Source: Macrostomum hystrix
Taxonomy: Eukaryota > Animalia > Platyhelminthes
Reading direction: 5' to 3'
DNA: 64,000 bases
NCBI GenBank assembly: GCA_950097015.1
Contig: CATNEN010000025.1
Span: 1,364,001-1,428,000, forward strand
Numbering within the stretch: position 1 is the stretch's first letter; every line of letters begins with the position of its first letter. The translations under genes and the position numbers were made by a program. Below, in pieces: positions 32,735 to 44,900 of this stretch. The notes beneath the pieces are model-generated. The model was not told the origin of the DNA. It saw only the letters and a program-made list of their open reading frames with translations, and made no database searches.

Positions 32735-33115
32735 CCTGTCCTGTCCTGCCCTGTCCTGTCCTGTCCTGTCCTGTCCTGTCCTGTCCTGTCCTGTCCTGTC
32801 CTTTCCAGGCCTGTCCAGGCCTGTCCTGTCCTGTCCTTTCCAGGCCTGTCTTGTCCTGTCCTGTCCTGTCCTGTCCTGTCCTGTCCTGTCCTGTCCTGTC
32901 CTTTCCAGGCCTGTCCAGGCCTGTCCTGTCCTGTCCTTTCCAGGCCTGTCTTGTCCTGTCCTGTCCTGTCCTGTCCTGTCCTATCCTATCCTGTCCTGTC
33001 CTATCCTGTCCTGTCCTGTCCTGTCCTATCCTGTCCTGTCCTGTCCTGTCCTATCCTGTCCTGTCCTATCCTGTCCTGTCCTGTCCTGTCCTGTCCTGTC
33101 TTGTCCTGTCCCTTC
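32735..33115. repeat. (CCTGT)n pentanucleotide microsatellite
   Basis: Directly visible; ORFs 32689 and 32951 are artefacts. Confidence 0.97.
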
Positions 33116-33900
33116 CCGTCCTTATATTTCTTGTCCCGTCTGTCCTTCTTCGATGCTAAATTGTTTATGGTCTGAATAAGATCTGAATGAATGACTCAAG
33201 AAGTTTTGGATGCAATCAACGAGAGCCGGAAACGACAGTGCAACCCTTCATAATTCTTAATCAAACCTTAATGCATCATAATGCATTAAAGCATTCATAA
33301 GCAATGACACTAATTTAAGCCATTGCTGGCATGCTTTTAGAGGCAGTGATTTCGGCCATTATTGCAGCCTGCCTAATTACTGGCCTGAAAGATGAGAATT
33401 TCACAATAAACAGATTTCACCAGCAGTATCAAATGAAGGTCATGTAGTGCAGCGTAAGTAGTCGCCAATGCAATCATGCTAAGATGTTGTTGACACATTG
33501 GCGACTTCTCATGCTTCAGTGAGATCTCAGATACTTAAATGCAAGCCAATTAACTGCTTTTGGCAGACATAGTTCTGTGCACTTTTATGACGAAGAAGCA
33601 CTGAAGGTAGGATTTAGTTGCCAATATCTCATCGATTTTCTCTTGAGAAATGAATGGAGAAAAATTCGCTCGATTCTTTAAAGGAATTTCAGATGAAAAA
33701 TAAAGAAATTTGTTCTCTTTGATTGAACTGTACTTTTCTTGGAAAGTGCTTTTGGGTGCGGAAGACTCCTGTCACTTAAATATAAGAAATATTTCTAAAT
33801 TCTAGTCATGTACAAAATGCACTTTCCACTTCTGCTCCCGCAGACTCCCTTGAGTAGACTTGTTGGTCAGGCAACACAACTCAACCAGCAGCCAGGGACC

Positions 33901-34024
33901 ATGGTGAAAGCACCGAATAATCAGCCGGCTAATGAGGCCGACCCGGAGCAGCAGCTGCCGCCGCAGAATGAGGAAGAAGCGGCCGCCATGCCGCTGGTGC
34001 AGATCGCTGATCCCTCACAGGCCA

Positions 34025-34055
<31 letters not shown>

Positions 34056-35859
34056 GCAGCAGCAGCTCTCCGGTCTAACCAAGGAACAGCTAGAAGCTTA
34101 CGTCAACGATCCGTTCTGGCGACGCCTCCGCCTGGTCTCCCTAGTCCTGTTCGTCGTCCTCTGGCTCCTGATGTTTGCCGCAGTAATCGTCATCGTCATC
34201 GCTTCGCCAAAATGTCCGCCCCGACCGCCGCGCGAGTTCTGGCAGCGCCCGATCTACCGGCTGCAGCTGGCCGCCTTCGCCCCAGCCGACGACAAAGATC
34301 CGTCCTCGGTTGGCAGCCTGTCCGGTCTGGCCAGTCGACTCTCCTACCTGCGTGACACTCTCGGCATGTCCAATTTTCTAATTGGCGGCCAGATCAACCC
34401 GGTGGACTCTTCGACCGGATGTCCGACGAGCTTCGCAGCCATCAGGCCGCAGCTCGGCCAGCTGAGCGACCTCCGCGCTCTGGCCAAGACCGGTCGGAAG
34501 AAGGGCTTCAACCTGATCCTGGAGCTCGACCTCAGCCAAGCCGACGCCTCCTGGTCCGACCAGCCAGACGCTTTTGTTGCGTCACCATGGCCTGGTCAGG
34601 TCAGCCGCGACTCCAAGGCCGCCTGGTGGGCTGGTCGGCTTCATCTTCCTCGCTCCGCCTGTGACTCGCTCAACGTGAGTTCGCCAACCGTCCAGTCGCG
34701 TCTGGCTGACGACCTGATCACCTGGCTGGACGCTGGCGTCTCTGGCTTCCTGCTGAACAACGTCGCCTTCATGGCGCCACAAACTTTGTCCGACAATTCG
34801 TTGACGCGTCCGCAGACAACGCCGCTCGACTGGTTTGCCACGGACCCCAGCTCGGTCCTGTACAGCAACGGCAGCGTCGAGTTTGTCCGCTGGGTTCGCG
34901 GCCTGCTCGACCGAGAGGCCAGTCGTCTCGGTCGTGACCTGGCGCTGTTTGTCGACCCGGGCAACACAGGCTTCGAGCAGCCGCCCGAGCGCCTGGCTGC
35001 GTACCTGTCGGCCGGAGTGCAAGCGGTTGTCAGTGTCGGTCTCGGCCGCCCATTGAGCGAGAAATCGCCATTGGCCAAAACCAACGCTACCAGCCCGCAA
35101 CGTCTCGCTGACTCGGTGCTGACGGCATTCGGCAGCGGCGACCGCATTATCTTCGCCAGCGCCTGGCCGAGTATTCGCCGGCCAACAGACGTGATGCTGA
35201 CCGCCCTGTCGCTGACATTGTCCGGAGTTCCGTGCCTCTATTACGGCCAGGAGCTGGGCATGGCTCACGTGCCAGGCATGCGTTTCAAAGGCAACGCGTC
35301 ACTGTCAAGCTACCTGCCTGGTGACGAATCCACGGACCCATCGGAGACTCCGATGCAGTGGTCGGGCTCCGCAGCCAATGCCGGCTGGTTGAGCGACCTG
35401 GACGTCCGCCTCGACTGGGTAAACCTGGAGCCGCGCGCCGCCGACATTCGGGCGCACAATCTTCGCCGGCTGGCCGCATCCGGTCATCCGAGCTCCCCGC
35501 TGCAGTTTGTCAGCGGTCTGCTGGCCCTGATTGACAAGACGGAGTCGCTGCAGTGGGGCGAAATCAAATTTCTACCGTTGCCGGCGGGCAGCCCGGTCGG
35601 TCTCGTGGCCTTCAGGCGTCGGGCGTTTCGCTTCCCCGCGGCCTTCGTTGTCGGCAACTCGGAGGGCCAGTCGGCCACGCTGGATCTGACACTGGCTGGT
35701 GACAAGGCCAACGGCGGCGCTGCCACGGGCACGCTGAAGCTGATGCACTCGGGCGCTGGCGGAGGAGCCGGTGCCTACGAGGTCGGCCAGTCGTACAAGC
35801 TGGATCGGGTCTTTGTGCCAGCCTTCACCACGCTGGTGTTCTTGTCTGATCAAGTCTGA
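33901..35859 (+). CDS. SLC3-family amino acid transporter heavy chain (4F2hc/rBAT-like): type II TM plus GH13-like ectodomain; uninterrupted CDS
   Basis: SLC3 N-terminal motif SGLTKEQL...DPFWRRLR, one TM helix followed by SPKC (Cys for the light-chain disulfide), GH13 segments WLDAGVSGF and SGVPCLYYGQELGM. Likely start ATG 33901 downstream of the acceptor-like CCCGCAG at 33837-33843. Confidence 0.92.
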
Positions 35860-36174
35860 CACACGAGACCCGGCTTTGTGGCGTCAGAAATGCCATAATT
35901 CTAAGAAGACCAAGCGAAATCTGCGAATGTGAACTTTCTGTCTCAAAATATCAGCAACTAAATGAAAATTGCACTTTTGGATATTGGTTGTGCTATTGTG
36001 ATCTATGAAAATTAAAGGCCTGTGACTGTGAGACATCTGCGACCTATTTGGAACGTGACAAATTTTCGTCGAATCATTCGTCAATTGCTTTGCTAGACAA
36101 AGCGAGGAAGAAAAATAAATGATGATTGAGGAGAAAGTGAGGGTGGGAAATTGTTGACGATGGGACATTTTTGA

Positions 36175-37012
36175 GGGTGAGAGATTATTAAGGGTGGGAG
36201 ATTGTTGAGTGTAAGAAATTGTTGAGGGTGGGAGAAGGTGAGGGTGGGAGATTGTTGAGGGTGGGAGATTGTTGAGGGTGGGAGATTGTTGAGGGTGGGA
36301 GAAGGTGAGGGTTGGAGATTGTTGAGGGTGGGAGAAGGTGTGGGTGGGAGAAAGTGAGGGTGGGAGAAAGTGAGAGTGGGAGATTGTTGAGGGTAGGAGA
36401 TTGTTGAGGGTGGGAGAAAGTGAGGGTGGGAGAAAGTGAGAGTGGGAGATTGTTGAGGGTGGGAGATTGTTGAGGTTGGGAGATTTTTGAGGTTGGGAGA
36501 CTGTTGAGGTTGGGAGACTGTTGAGGTTGGGAGATTTTTGAGGTTGGGAGACTGTTGAGGTTGGGAGATTTTTGAGATTGGGAGATTTTTGAGGTTGGGA
36601 GACTGTTGAGGGTGGGAGATTGTTGAGGTTGGGAGATTGTTGAGGTTGGGAGACTGTTGAGGGTGGGAGAAAGTGAGGGTGGGAGAAAGTGAGAGTGGGA
36701 GATTGTTGAGGTTGGGAGATTGTTGAAGGTGGGAGATTGTTGAGGTTGGGAGATTTTTTAGGTTGGGAGACTGTTGAGGGTGGGAGATTGTTAAGGGTGG
36801 GAGAAAGTTAGGTGGGAGATTGTTGAGGTTGGGAGACTGTTGAGGGTGGGAGATTGTTAAGGGTGGGAGAAAGTTAGGGTGGGAGATTGTTGAGGTTGGG
36901 AGACTGTTGAGGGTGGGAGATTGTTAAGGGTGGGAGAAAGTGAGGGTGGGAGAAAGTGAGGGTGGGAGAAAGTGAGGGTGGGAGAAAGTGAAGATGGGAG
37001 ATTGCGAAGCGT
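36175..37012. repeat. ~17-bp G-rich minisatellite (GAGGGTGGGAGATTGTT)
   Basis: Directly visible degenerate tandem units. Confidence 0.93.
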
Positions 37013-37554
37013 TGAGAATTAAAGGGTGAAGGTTTTGGGATAGATGAGTATTGTTATAAATGAGAAAGTAGAATTTAAGGTGCTTACTATAACGCTTTAA
37101 CAAAACCCCAAGTCTTTTATCGATGACTGACGAAGAAAACCAAAAGAGAATCGAATTAAATGAAGCGTGATAAGCTCAGGAACCAAAGCGTATATGGAAT
37201 TTATTTGATAATACTTAATTTACTTATAATTGTGGATTAGCGCTTACTGTTAGTAGATGGAATCGAAAAAGTACACGTAGACGGTGATAAACAGTATACA
37301 AAAATTACTGAATACTTTAAAGCTTATTTGCTATAAACTATTTTCGCATTCACATGGCAAATTTGAAATTCAAAACAACCGATTTATTATGTTGAAACAG
37401 TCGCATTATAAGCCGGCGTTAAGGCGGCTATAAGTAGGCAATGTAACAGCGGCCCGGTAACCATGCCCAGCACCTATTACTGACTAGTGTGAACAACGAC
37501 AACAAATTGTAGCGCGCATGTTTCTCTGAACGTTGGCTAGGATAAAGTGAAGGT

Positions 37555-37832
37555 TAGAGGTGTGAAAAGTCAGACTGGGGCTACTGGGGTTGGCAGCCCG
37601 ATAAGAAGTGATGTGAAAAGTCAGACTGAAGCTGTTGGGATTGGCAGCCCGATAAGAAGAGGTGTGAAAAGTCTGACTGAGGCTGTTGGGGTTGGCAGCC
37701 CGATTAGAAGAGGTGTGAAAAGTCAGACTGGGGCTACTGGGGTTGGCAGCCCGATTAGAAGAGGTGTGAAAAGTCAGACTGAGGCTGTTGGGGTTGGCAG
37801 CCCGATCAGAAGATGTGTGAAAAGTCAGACTG
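37555..37832. repeat. 51-bp tandem repeat (~5.5 copies)
   Basis: GTGTGAAAAGTCAGACTGAGGCTGTTGGGGTTGGCAGCCCGATTAGAAGAG repeated. Confidence 0.92.
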
Positions 37833-38089
37833 ATGTGGCAGCTTGTTAAGATATAGTATGAAATGTCTGACTGAGCCTGTTGAATTTGGCACCTTTATTG
37901 AGTGCGCATTTAAAATACGAGCTAAAAATAATAATATTGGCAACCCGATAAATATAGGTCAGAAAAATTTATTGAACAAACTAAGAAGAGAAATTTTTAT
38001 ACCCAAGAATTTAAGTATTAACTTACAACAAAAAGAAATGGAATATTGCGCCAGATCCTATATAGGATCCCGGATTAAGCAAGACCGGA

Positions 38090-40488
38090 TCACTTTAGTT
38101 CACCAACGGCGCTGCCAATAGGAGCTGGACCATAAGACGGTGGCGGGGTCATGCCAAATGGTCCAGCCGAAGTGAGCCCGGTATTAGGACCCGGAGGTGG
38201 CGGCGGCGGGGGCATCATGACCGGAGCGGGCTGCTGCGGCATGGTTGCTGTTCCTGCAGTGGCTGCGGCTGCGATAGCCGCTTGGCTCTGAATATCCATG
38301 TAGCTGCGCGAGTGGGCCTTGGCGAAGTTGGCATTCCGGAAGCTCTTGATAAAGTAGAGCACACCCAGAGCCAGGATAAGGGTGCCTGGTGAAGAGTAGA
38401 ACAGCTTATATTGCGCTGCTGTCAAGATATGCATACATAGAGGGTCACCCTTTAAATTTTTGTACCCGCTTACACCCGATAGGATTCCATCTAGATTCCC
38501 CATTGGATTCTCCCTGGGTTTCCCAAAGGATTCTTATTGGGCTTCCCTTAGGATTCTTATTGGGCTTCCCTTAGGATTCTCTCTTGGTTTCCCATTGAAT
38601 TCTCTCTGAGTTTCCCCATGGATTCTCTCTGTGTTTCCAAATGGATTCTCTCTGGGTTTCCCAATGGATTCTCTCTGGGGTTCCCAATGGATTCTCTCTG
38701 GGGTTCCCAATGGATTCTCTCTGGGTTTCCCCATGGATTCTCTCTGGGTTTCCCAATGGATTCTCTCTGGGTTTCCCAATGGATTCTCTCTGGGTTTCAC
38801 AATGGATTCTCTCTGGGTTTCCCAAAGGATTCTTATTGGGCTTCCCTTAGGATTCTCTCTTGGTTTCCCCATGGATTCTCTCTGGGTTTCCCCATGGATT
38901 CTCTCTTGGTTTCCCCATGGATTCTCTCTGGGTTTCCCCATGGATTCTCTCTGGGTTTCCCCATGGATTCTCTCTGGGTTTCCCAATGGATTCTCTCTGG
39001 GTTTCCCCATGGATTCTCTCTGGGTTTCCCCATGGATTCTCTCTGGGTTTCCCAATGGATTCTCTCTGGGTTTCCCCATGGATTCTCTCTGGGTTTCCCC
39101 ATGGATTCTCTCTGGGTTTCCCCATGGATTCTCTCTGGGTTTCCCAATGGATTCTCTCTGGGTTGAGAGAGACTGGATTATGCATCCGCTATATTTAGGC
39201 AGTGATTTCACATTTCACATCGCTCGCATTTTGTGATTCAGAACAGCTCACCCGACAGAACAGCCTTGAGCACACTGGAGCTCTCATCTAGATTGCGCAG
39301 GAACAGAGGAATCGGCAAGGCCACGTAGAGAATCGTCTTGCGCCAGCAGTCGATCCACTTTATGGCTCTCCAGACCGTGCAGCAGCAGCTCATGTCGCTG
39401 TCGATTTAGAAAATTGATTCAATTATGAAACAAATTTGAGGTTGGTGTAAGTTCTTCTGGTTTCCAATAGTACTTGTTCAATGTTTTATATGAATTTCCA
39501 TCACAAGATTCGTTAAGATTCCATGAGAGATTATTGTAATGCGGCATAAGGGATTCCCCCTTATATACCAAGAGATTCCCCCTGTACATCGCAAGGTATT
39601 TCGCCTGTATATCCGAAGGGATTTCCTCTGTATTTTCCTAGGGATTCCCTCTCTAGATCTCAAAGGATTTCCTCTGCACTTCCATAGAACTCCGTCCGTA
39701 TGTCGCATTATATTTAACTAAAATTTCCCACTAGGGTTCACCCTATGGGTTAGACTACGGAATTCCCCATGGGACTCCCCACGGGGTTTCCCTGTGGCAT
39801 TCCCCACGGGGTTTCCCTGTGGAATTCCCCAGGGGGTTTCCCTGCGGAATTCTTGTGTTTGTGAAAACTTATTGGAAGATTTAGGAAACTCATATCTTTT
39901 TTTCTTGTGTAATCCCTTATTCACCCATTGGGCGTCTCCAATATAATCTTTAGTCGAATCCAGAGAAAAGCCCTTTTGTCAGACTGCCAATTGTCAGATT
40001 CCAGAATGATTTACTTACTCGCAGCAGTTGCACTTGTCAAAAAGCCAGATCGACTCTAGAAAAGTCAGCAGAATAGTGATCGCCCTGGCGAGAATGAGAG
40101 AAAACCGATTTGGATTTCTGAATTAATGCGACGAGTGCAATCTTAGCGGCACAGACGAATGATAACTCACAGCAAATACCACCCGTTGATTGTGTGGTAC
40201 TTTTCTACAGTCAAAATGCTGATCATCAGTACGTAGAGACCTTCAAAATGGTAGAATTAAAGACACAAAGACGCACTTAAAGATATGTACAAAGACACAC
40301 AGACGCTGTCATTGATGTTTGACTCTGCCGATGTTAAGTTGAATGACTTTCTAGTTGAGCACTCCTAGAAAATCAATAGGAAACATGATCAACTCACAAA
40401 TAACTACCACCAATCCTGCGAAACGGCACATCACGGTGATGTACTTGAAGCAGCAGGTCCGATTCTCCTCTAGTTCAATGAAGCGCAT
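38090..40488 (-). CDS. TMEM72: TMEM72-like four-TM protein, 5 exons, 222 aa
   Basis: Exons 40488-40398, 40240-40171, 40084-40019, 39397-39252, 38385-38090, all phases consistent (669 nt). MCRFAGL, GWYLL, FLESIW, KWIDCWRKTILY, GTLILALGVLYF align by eye to recalled TMEM72 motifs (TCRLLG, FYLL, WLGCFQK..AY, GSMLIITGLAYF). Orthology not confirmed. Confidence 0.8.
38470..39162. repeat. 23-bp minisatellite (GGATTCTCTCTGGGTTTCCC[C/A]AT) in TMEM72-like intron 4
   Basis: Directly visible; source of the ORF cluster at 38534-39236. Confidence 0.96.
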
Positions 40489-41321
40489 GATGCCTTTTAT
40501 CTAACAAACAATAATTACTCGTCACTAAACCAGTCGCTAACAATACTCTGTAAGTCTAAGGCGTTTTCCAACGCGCTCTGCTCCGCTACCCCGTCATATA
40601 ATGGCAGGTGAGGTGCCGTGCCAAGAGACAATCTATAGACGAATCCGCACAATTGTTTTCTCTGAGCGATCATGCCACTAACAGTATAGAGCGCAGTCAT
40701 TGGGAACTTAACCCCATTCCCTTGCCCTCGGTGTCTTCTGCGCTAGTGAACGGATCAATCGAGTGCAAACAAATCTCCCCTTTATCTGGAGCAGAAAAAA
40801 ATCAATCAAAGCGCTAGCAGTCTGGACACAAAATCACAACCGTGCACTGTGTGGCCCCTCAAAAATTTGACCAGACCATACTGAGAGTATTTTGCGACTG
40901 GACAACACACTCATGCAACGTAGGCGGACCGGGGGAAAAATCTTCAAAAAACCAATCTGAATAATTTATTGTTTAAAAGAATGGAGGCAAAAAATCTGCT
41001 TAAACTTCTGGTCAAGTTAACCAACAGCTGCAGTTAAAGACTCAAAGAAAACTATATCTTCCGGTACTTTCTGAAAGATAAGCACAGAGCAAAGTAAAGT
41101 ATGTCCTACAACTTGACATACAATTTTTGTGTATGTTTAAGGACACGAAAACTACTTTGTACTGACAACAAAAATGGATAAAATGAATTTGACCACGTTT
41201 TTTATACTGGAATATTTAGTACGCTCCTGTTGTCCATCTTCACACGTTCAAAAGTTTGTCATTTTTCTATATGCGCACAATGTGACTAATTATGAAGTAT
41301 GACTACTTTTGAGCCAGACTA

Positions 41322-41730
41322 CACACAAACTACCAAAGCCAGACTACACACAAACTACCAAAGCCAGACTACACACACACTACCAAAGCCAGACTACACA
41401 CAAACTACCAAAGCCAGACTACACACAAACTACCAAAGCCAGACTACACACAAACTACCAAAGCCAGACTACACACAAACTACCAAAGCCAGACTACACA
41501 CAAACTACCAAAGCCAGACTACACGCAAACTACCAAAGCCAGACTAAACACAAACTACCAAAGCCAGACTACACACAAACCATACCAAAGCCAGACTACA
41601 CACAAACTACCAAAGCCAGACTACACACAAACTACCAAAGCCAGACTACACACAAACTACCAAAGCCAGACTACACACAAACTACCAAAGCCAGACTACA
41701 CACAAACTACCAAAGCCAGACTACACACAA
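41322..41730. repeat. 25-bp minisatellite (CAAAGCCAGACTACACACAAACTAC)
   Basis: About 16 copies downstream of the nAChR stop. Confidence 0.96.
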
Positions 41731-41905
41731 TTAGACTTCACACAAACTACCATGGACGGACTCCAGATTAAGTTCTAAGGTTAGTCTGCAGTATACAGAA
41801 AAATTGCCAAGAATAGATTAGGTACAAGCTAAAACAGACTTGAAGCAAACTATTAGTGTGCCACAATATAAAGCTTAGTTCCCCAATGCATGATGACATG
41901 AATCA

Positions 41906-44900
41906 CTAGCTTTCGCTATAAACCTGTCCGCAGCGGCGCACAACACTAATGTTTCGCTCGTACTCAGCGACCATTTCCCGTCGCATCGGAGCGGCTGTGT
42001 CAGCAATCGCCGGTGCCTGTAAGAAGATGCCGAAAGTACCAACGGTGGCCGACAAGCCGAAGCAGTAGAGAAACAGCCGGTCCAGGACTAGGGCTACGTA
42101 CTTCCACTCCTCTTCGGAGCTTTCCGATGCGATGTCGTCGCGAATTTTTTTAGCAATCGAACGAACGCCACGCAATGCTCTCGTGATGTCACGAGCAGTG
42201 ACATCCGCGGCTGACGATGTTGAAGAGGCTTCAGTGTAACCAGCTGAAATTTGGTCATGAGCCATGGAATCGTAATGAATCGAGAGCAATAATCAAAAGT
42301 ACATTCAAGCAAGAGCCGCCTGCCAACCTTCTGGATCGCCTTCATCGCAGTATCCGTCATCTTCGCTATCATTAGCGTCGCTGTCGCTAGCGTCGCTCTG
42401 GCCGCAGGAATCGTCACCTTCCTGCTCCTGCAGATCGGCTACCCGGTCAAGGAGGGCCGCCCTTGGCAGGGTGTGCATAAACAGCCGCTTGGCCCACAAA
42501 GGTACCCGATTAGCGTCTGGAGATCGATAACGAACATTCAGCACCACTGTGGACACCAGGATGGACAGGCTGACTAGGATCATTGTGAACAGCAGGTACT
42601 TGGTGATCAGTGGCACCACCAGAGATGTCGGCGGTGTCAATTCGAACACTAGCAGGATAAACACTGTCAGAGCGATGAGAATTGAGATGCTGAGAGTGAT
42701 CTTCTCCTGCGAGTCGGAGGGCAGGTAGAATACGAAGATGGTGAGAAAACTGATGGCCATGCAGGGGCAGATCAGGTTAGTGCCATAGAATAGCGGCTGG
42801 CGGCGGAACCGAATGCTGGAAATTTTGGGTGGTTCGATAATTTGAGCACTTGTGAGTGCACAGAGACCCCTAACTGGTCCGGCTTATGCCTAACCTCAAC
42901 TGGTCAGGTTGATGTCTAACCTAACTGGTCAGGTTTACGTCTAACCTAACTGGTCAGGTTTGTGTCTAACCTAACTGGTCAGGTTTGTGTCTAACCTAAC
43001 TGGTCAGGCTTATGTCTAACCTAACTGGTCAGGTTTGTGTCTAACCTCAACTGGTCAGGCTTATGTCTAACCTCAACTGGTCAGGTTTGTATCTAACCTA
43101 ACTGGTCAGGTTTATGTCTAACCTAACTGGTCAGGTTTGTGTCTAACCTAACTGGTCAGGTTTGTGTCTAACCTAACTGGTCAGGTTTATGTCTAACCTC
43201 AACTGGTCAGGTTTGTGTCTAACCTAACTGGTCAGGTTTATGTCTAACCTCAACTGGTCAGGTTTGTGTCTAACCTAACTGGTCAGGTTTATGTCTAACC
43301 TAACTGGTCAGGTTTATGTCTAACCTAACTGGTCAGGTTTGTATCTAACCTAACTGGTCAGGCTTATGTCTAACCTAACTGGTCAGGCTTATGTCTAACC
43401 TAACTGGTCAGGTTTGTATCTAACCTAACTGGTCAGGCTTATGTCTAACCTAACTGGTCAGGTTTATGTCTAACCTAACTGGTCAGGTTTGTGTCTAACC
43501 TAACTGGTCAGGCTTGTATCTAACCTAACTGGTCAGGCTTATGTCCAACCTCAACTGGTCAGGTTTGTGTCTAACCTAACTGGTCAGGCTTATGTCTAAC
43601 CTCAACTGGTCAGGTTTGTATCTAACCTAACTGGTCAGGTTTATGTCTAACCTAACTGGTCAGGTTTGTATCTAACCTAACTGGTCAGGCTTATGTCTAA
43701 CCTAACTGGTCAGGTTTGTATCTAACCTAACTGGTCAGGTTTATGTCTAAACTCAACTGGTCAGGTTTGTGTCTAACCTAACTGGTCAGGTTTATGTCTA
43801 ACCTAACTGGTCAGGCTTATGTCTAACCTAACTGGTCAGGTTTGTATCTAACCTAACTGGTCAGGCTTATGTCTAACCTAACTGGTCAGGTTTGTATCTA
43901 ACCTAACTGGTCAGGCTTATGTCTAACCTAACTGGTCAGGCTTATGTCTAACCTAACTGGTCAGGTTTGTGTCTAACCTAACTGGTCAGGCTTATGTCTA
44001 ACCTCAACTGGTCAGGTTTATGTCTAACCTCAACTGGTCAGGTTTATGTCTAACCTCAACTGGTCAGGCTTATGTCTAACCTAACTGGTCAGGCTTATGT
44101 CTAACCTCAACTGGTCAGGTTTATGTCTAACCTAACTGGCCAGGTTTATGTCTAACCTAACTGGTCAGGCTTATGTCTAACCTCAACTGGTCAGGCTTAT
44201 GTCTAACCTAACTGGTCAGGCTTATGTCTAACCTCAACTGGTCAGGCTTATGTCTAACATTCTAAATCCATGTCTAACATGCAATTTTCTTGTCTTATAG
44301 GGGCTGTCATTATTAAGCACTTACAAGAATGTGATGTCCAAATACGGCTCCGGGCAGCAGGCGTAGAAGGCGATGTTCCTAGTCGCGGACACCTGCATGA
44401 GATCCCATTCAGTGTTTTCAACATACTCGGACAGGTCAGCCGCGTAGTTGATGTCGACCTCACAGCTGTCAAATTTGGTTCGTTTGAGCTTCTCGTCCTC
44501 TGCCTTCTGCGCCAGATGACGCAGGTCGATGAGCAGGCCGTGGTAGGTCCACGTGCCCATCTTCAGCCGGCAATCCTGAAAGTGCGTGCGCGTTGGCACT
44601 ACTTGCAGTAGATGAATAGCAAGTTAATTTCCAGATTTTTTAAAACTCTAACCTGAGTATCGAATGGAAAGAATTCGACATTGATGTCACAGGAGCTCTC
44701 GTAGATCACTGGCGGCTTCCACACCACCCGACCGTCGTAGTAAACTTTTAGCTTGGTGGCCGACTGGCTCAGATCCCAATCCCCGCCTGTGCTGGGATTC
44801 GGACAGGTTTCATAGGGATCAGAGACTAGTTTTGCTTGCGGAAGATAAAATGTATATAATGGGGTAGATTAGAGAGACCACGCAAGTCTAATAGTGAATA

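Noticed and set aside
34419-35862. Alternative-frame and antisense ORFs over the SLC3 gene
   Set aside because: Expected shadows of a GC-rich CDS; no recognisable domains.
37547-37849. ORF with 17-aa repeats
   Set aside because: Translation of the 51-bp tandem repeat starting at a GTG.
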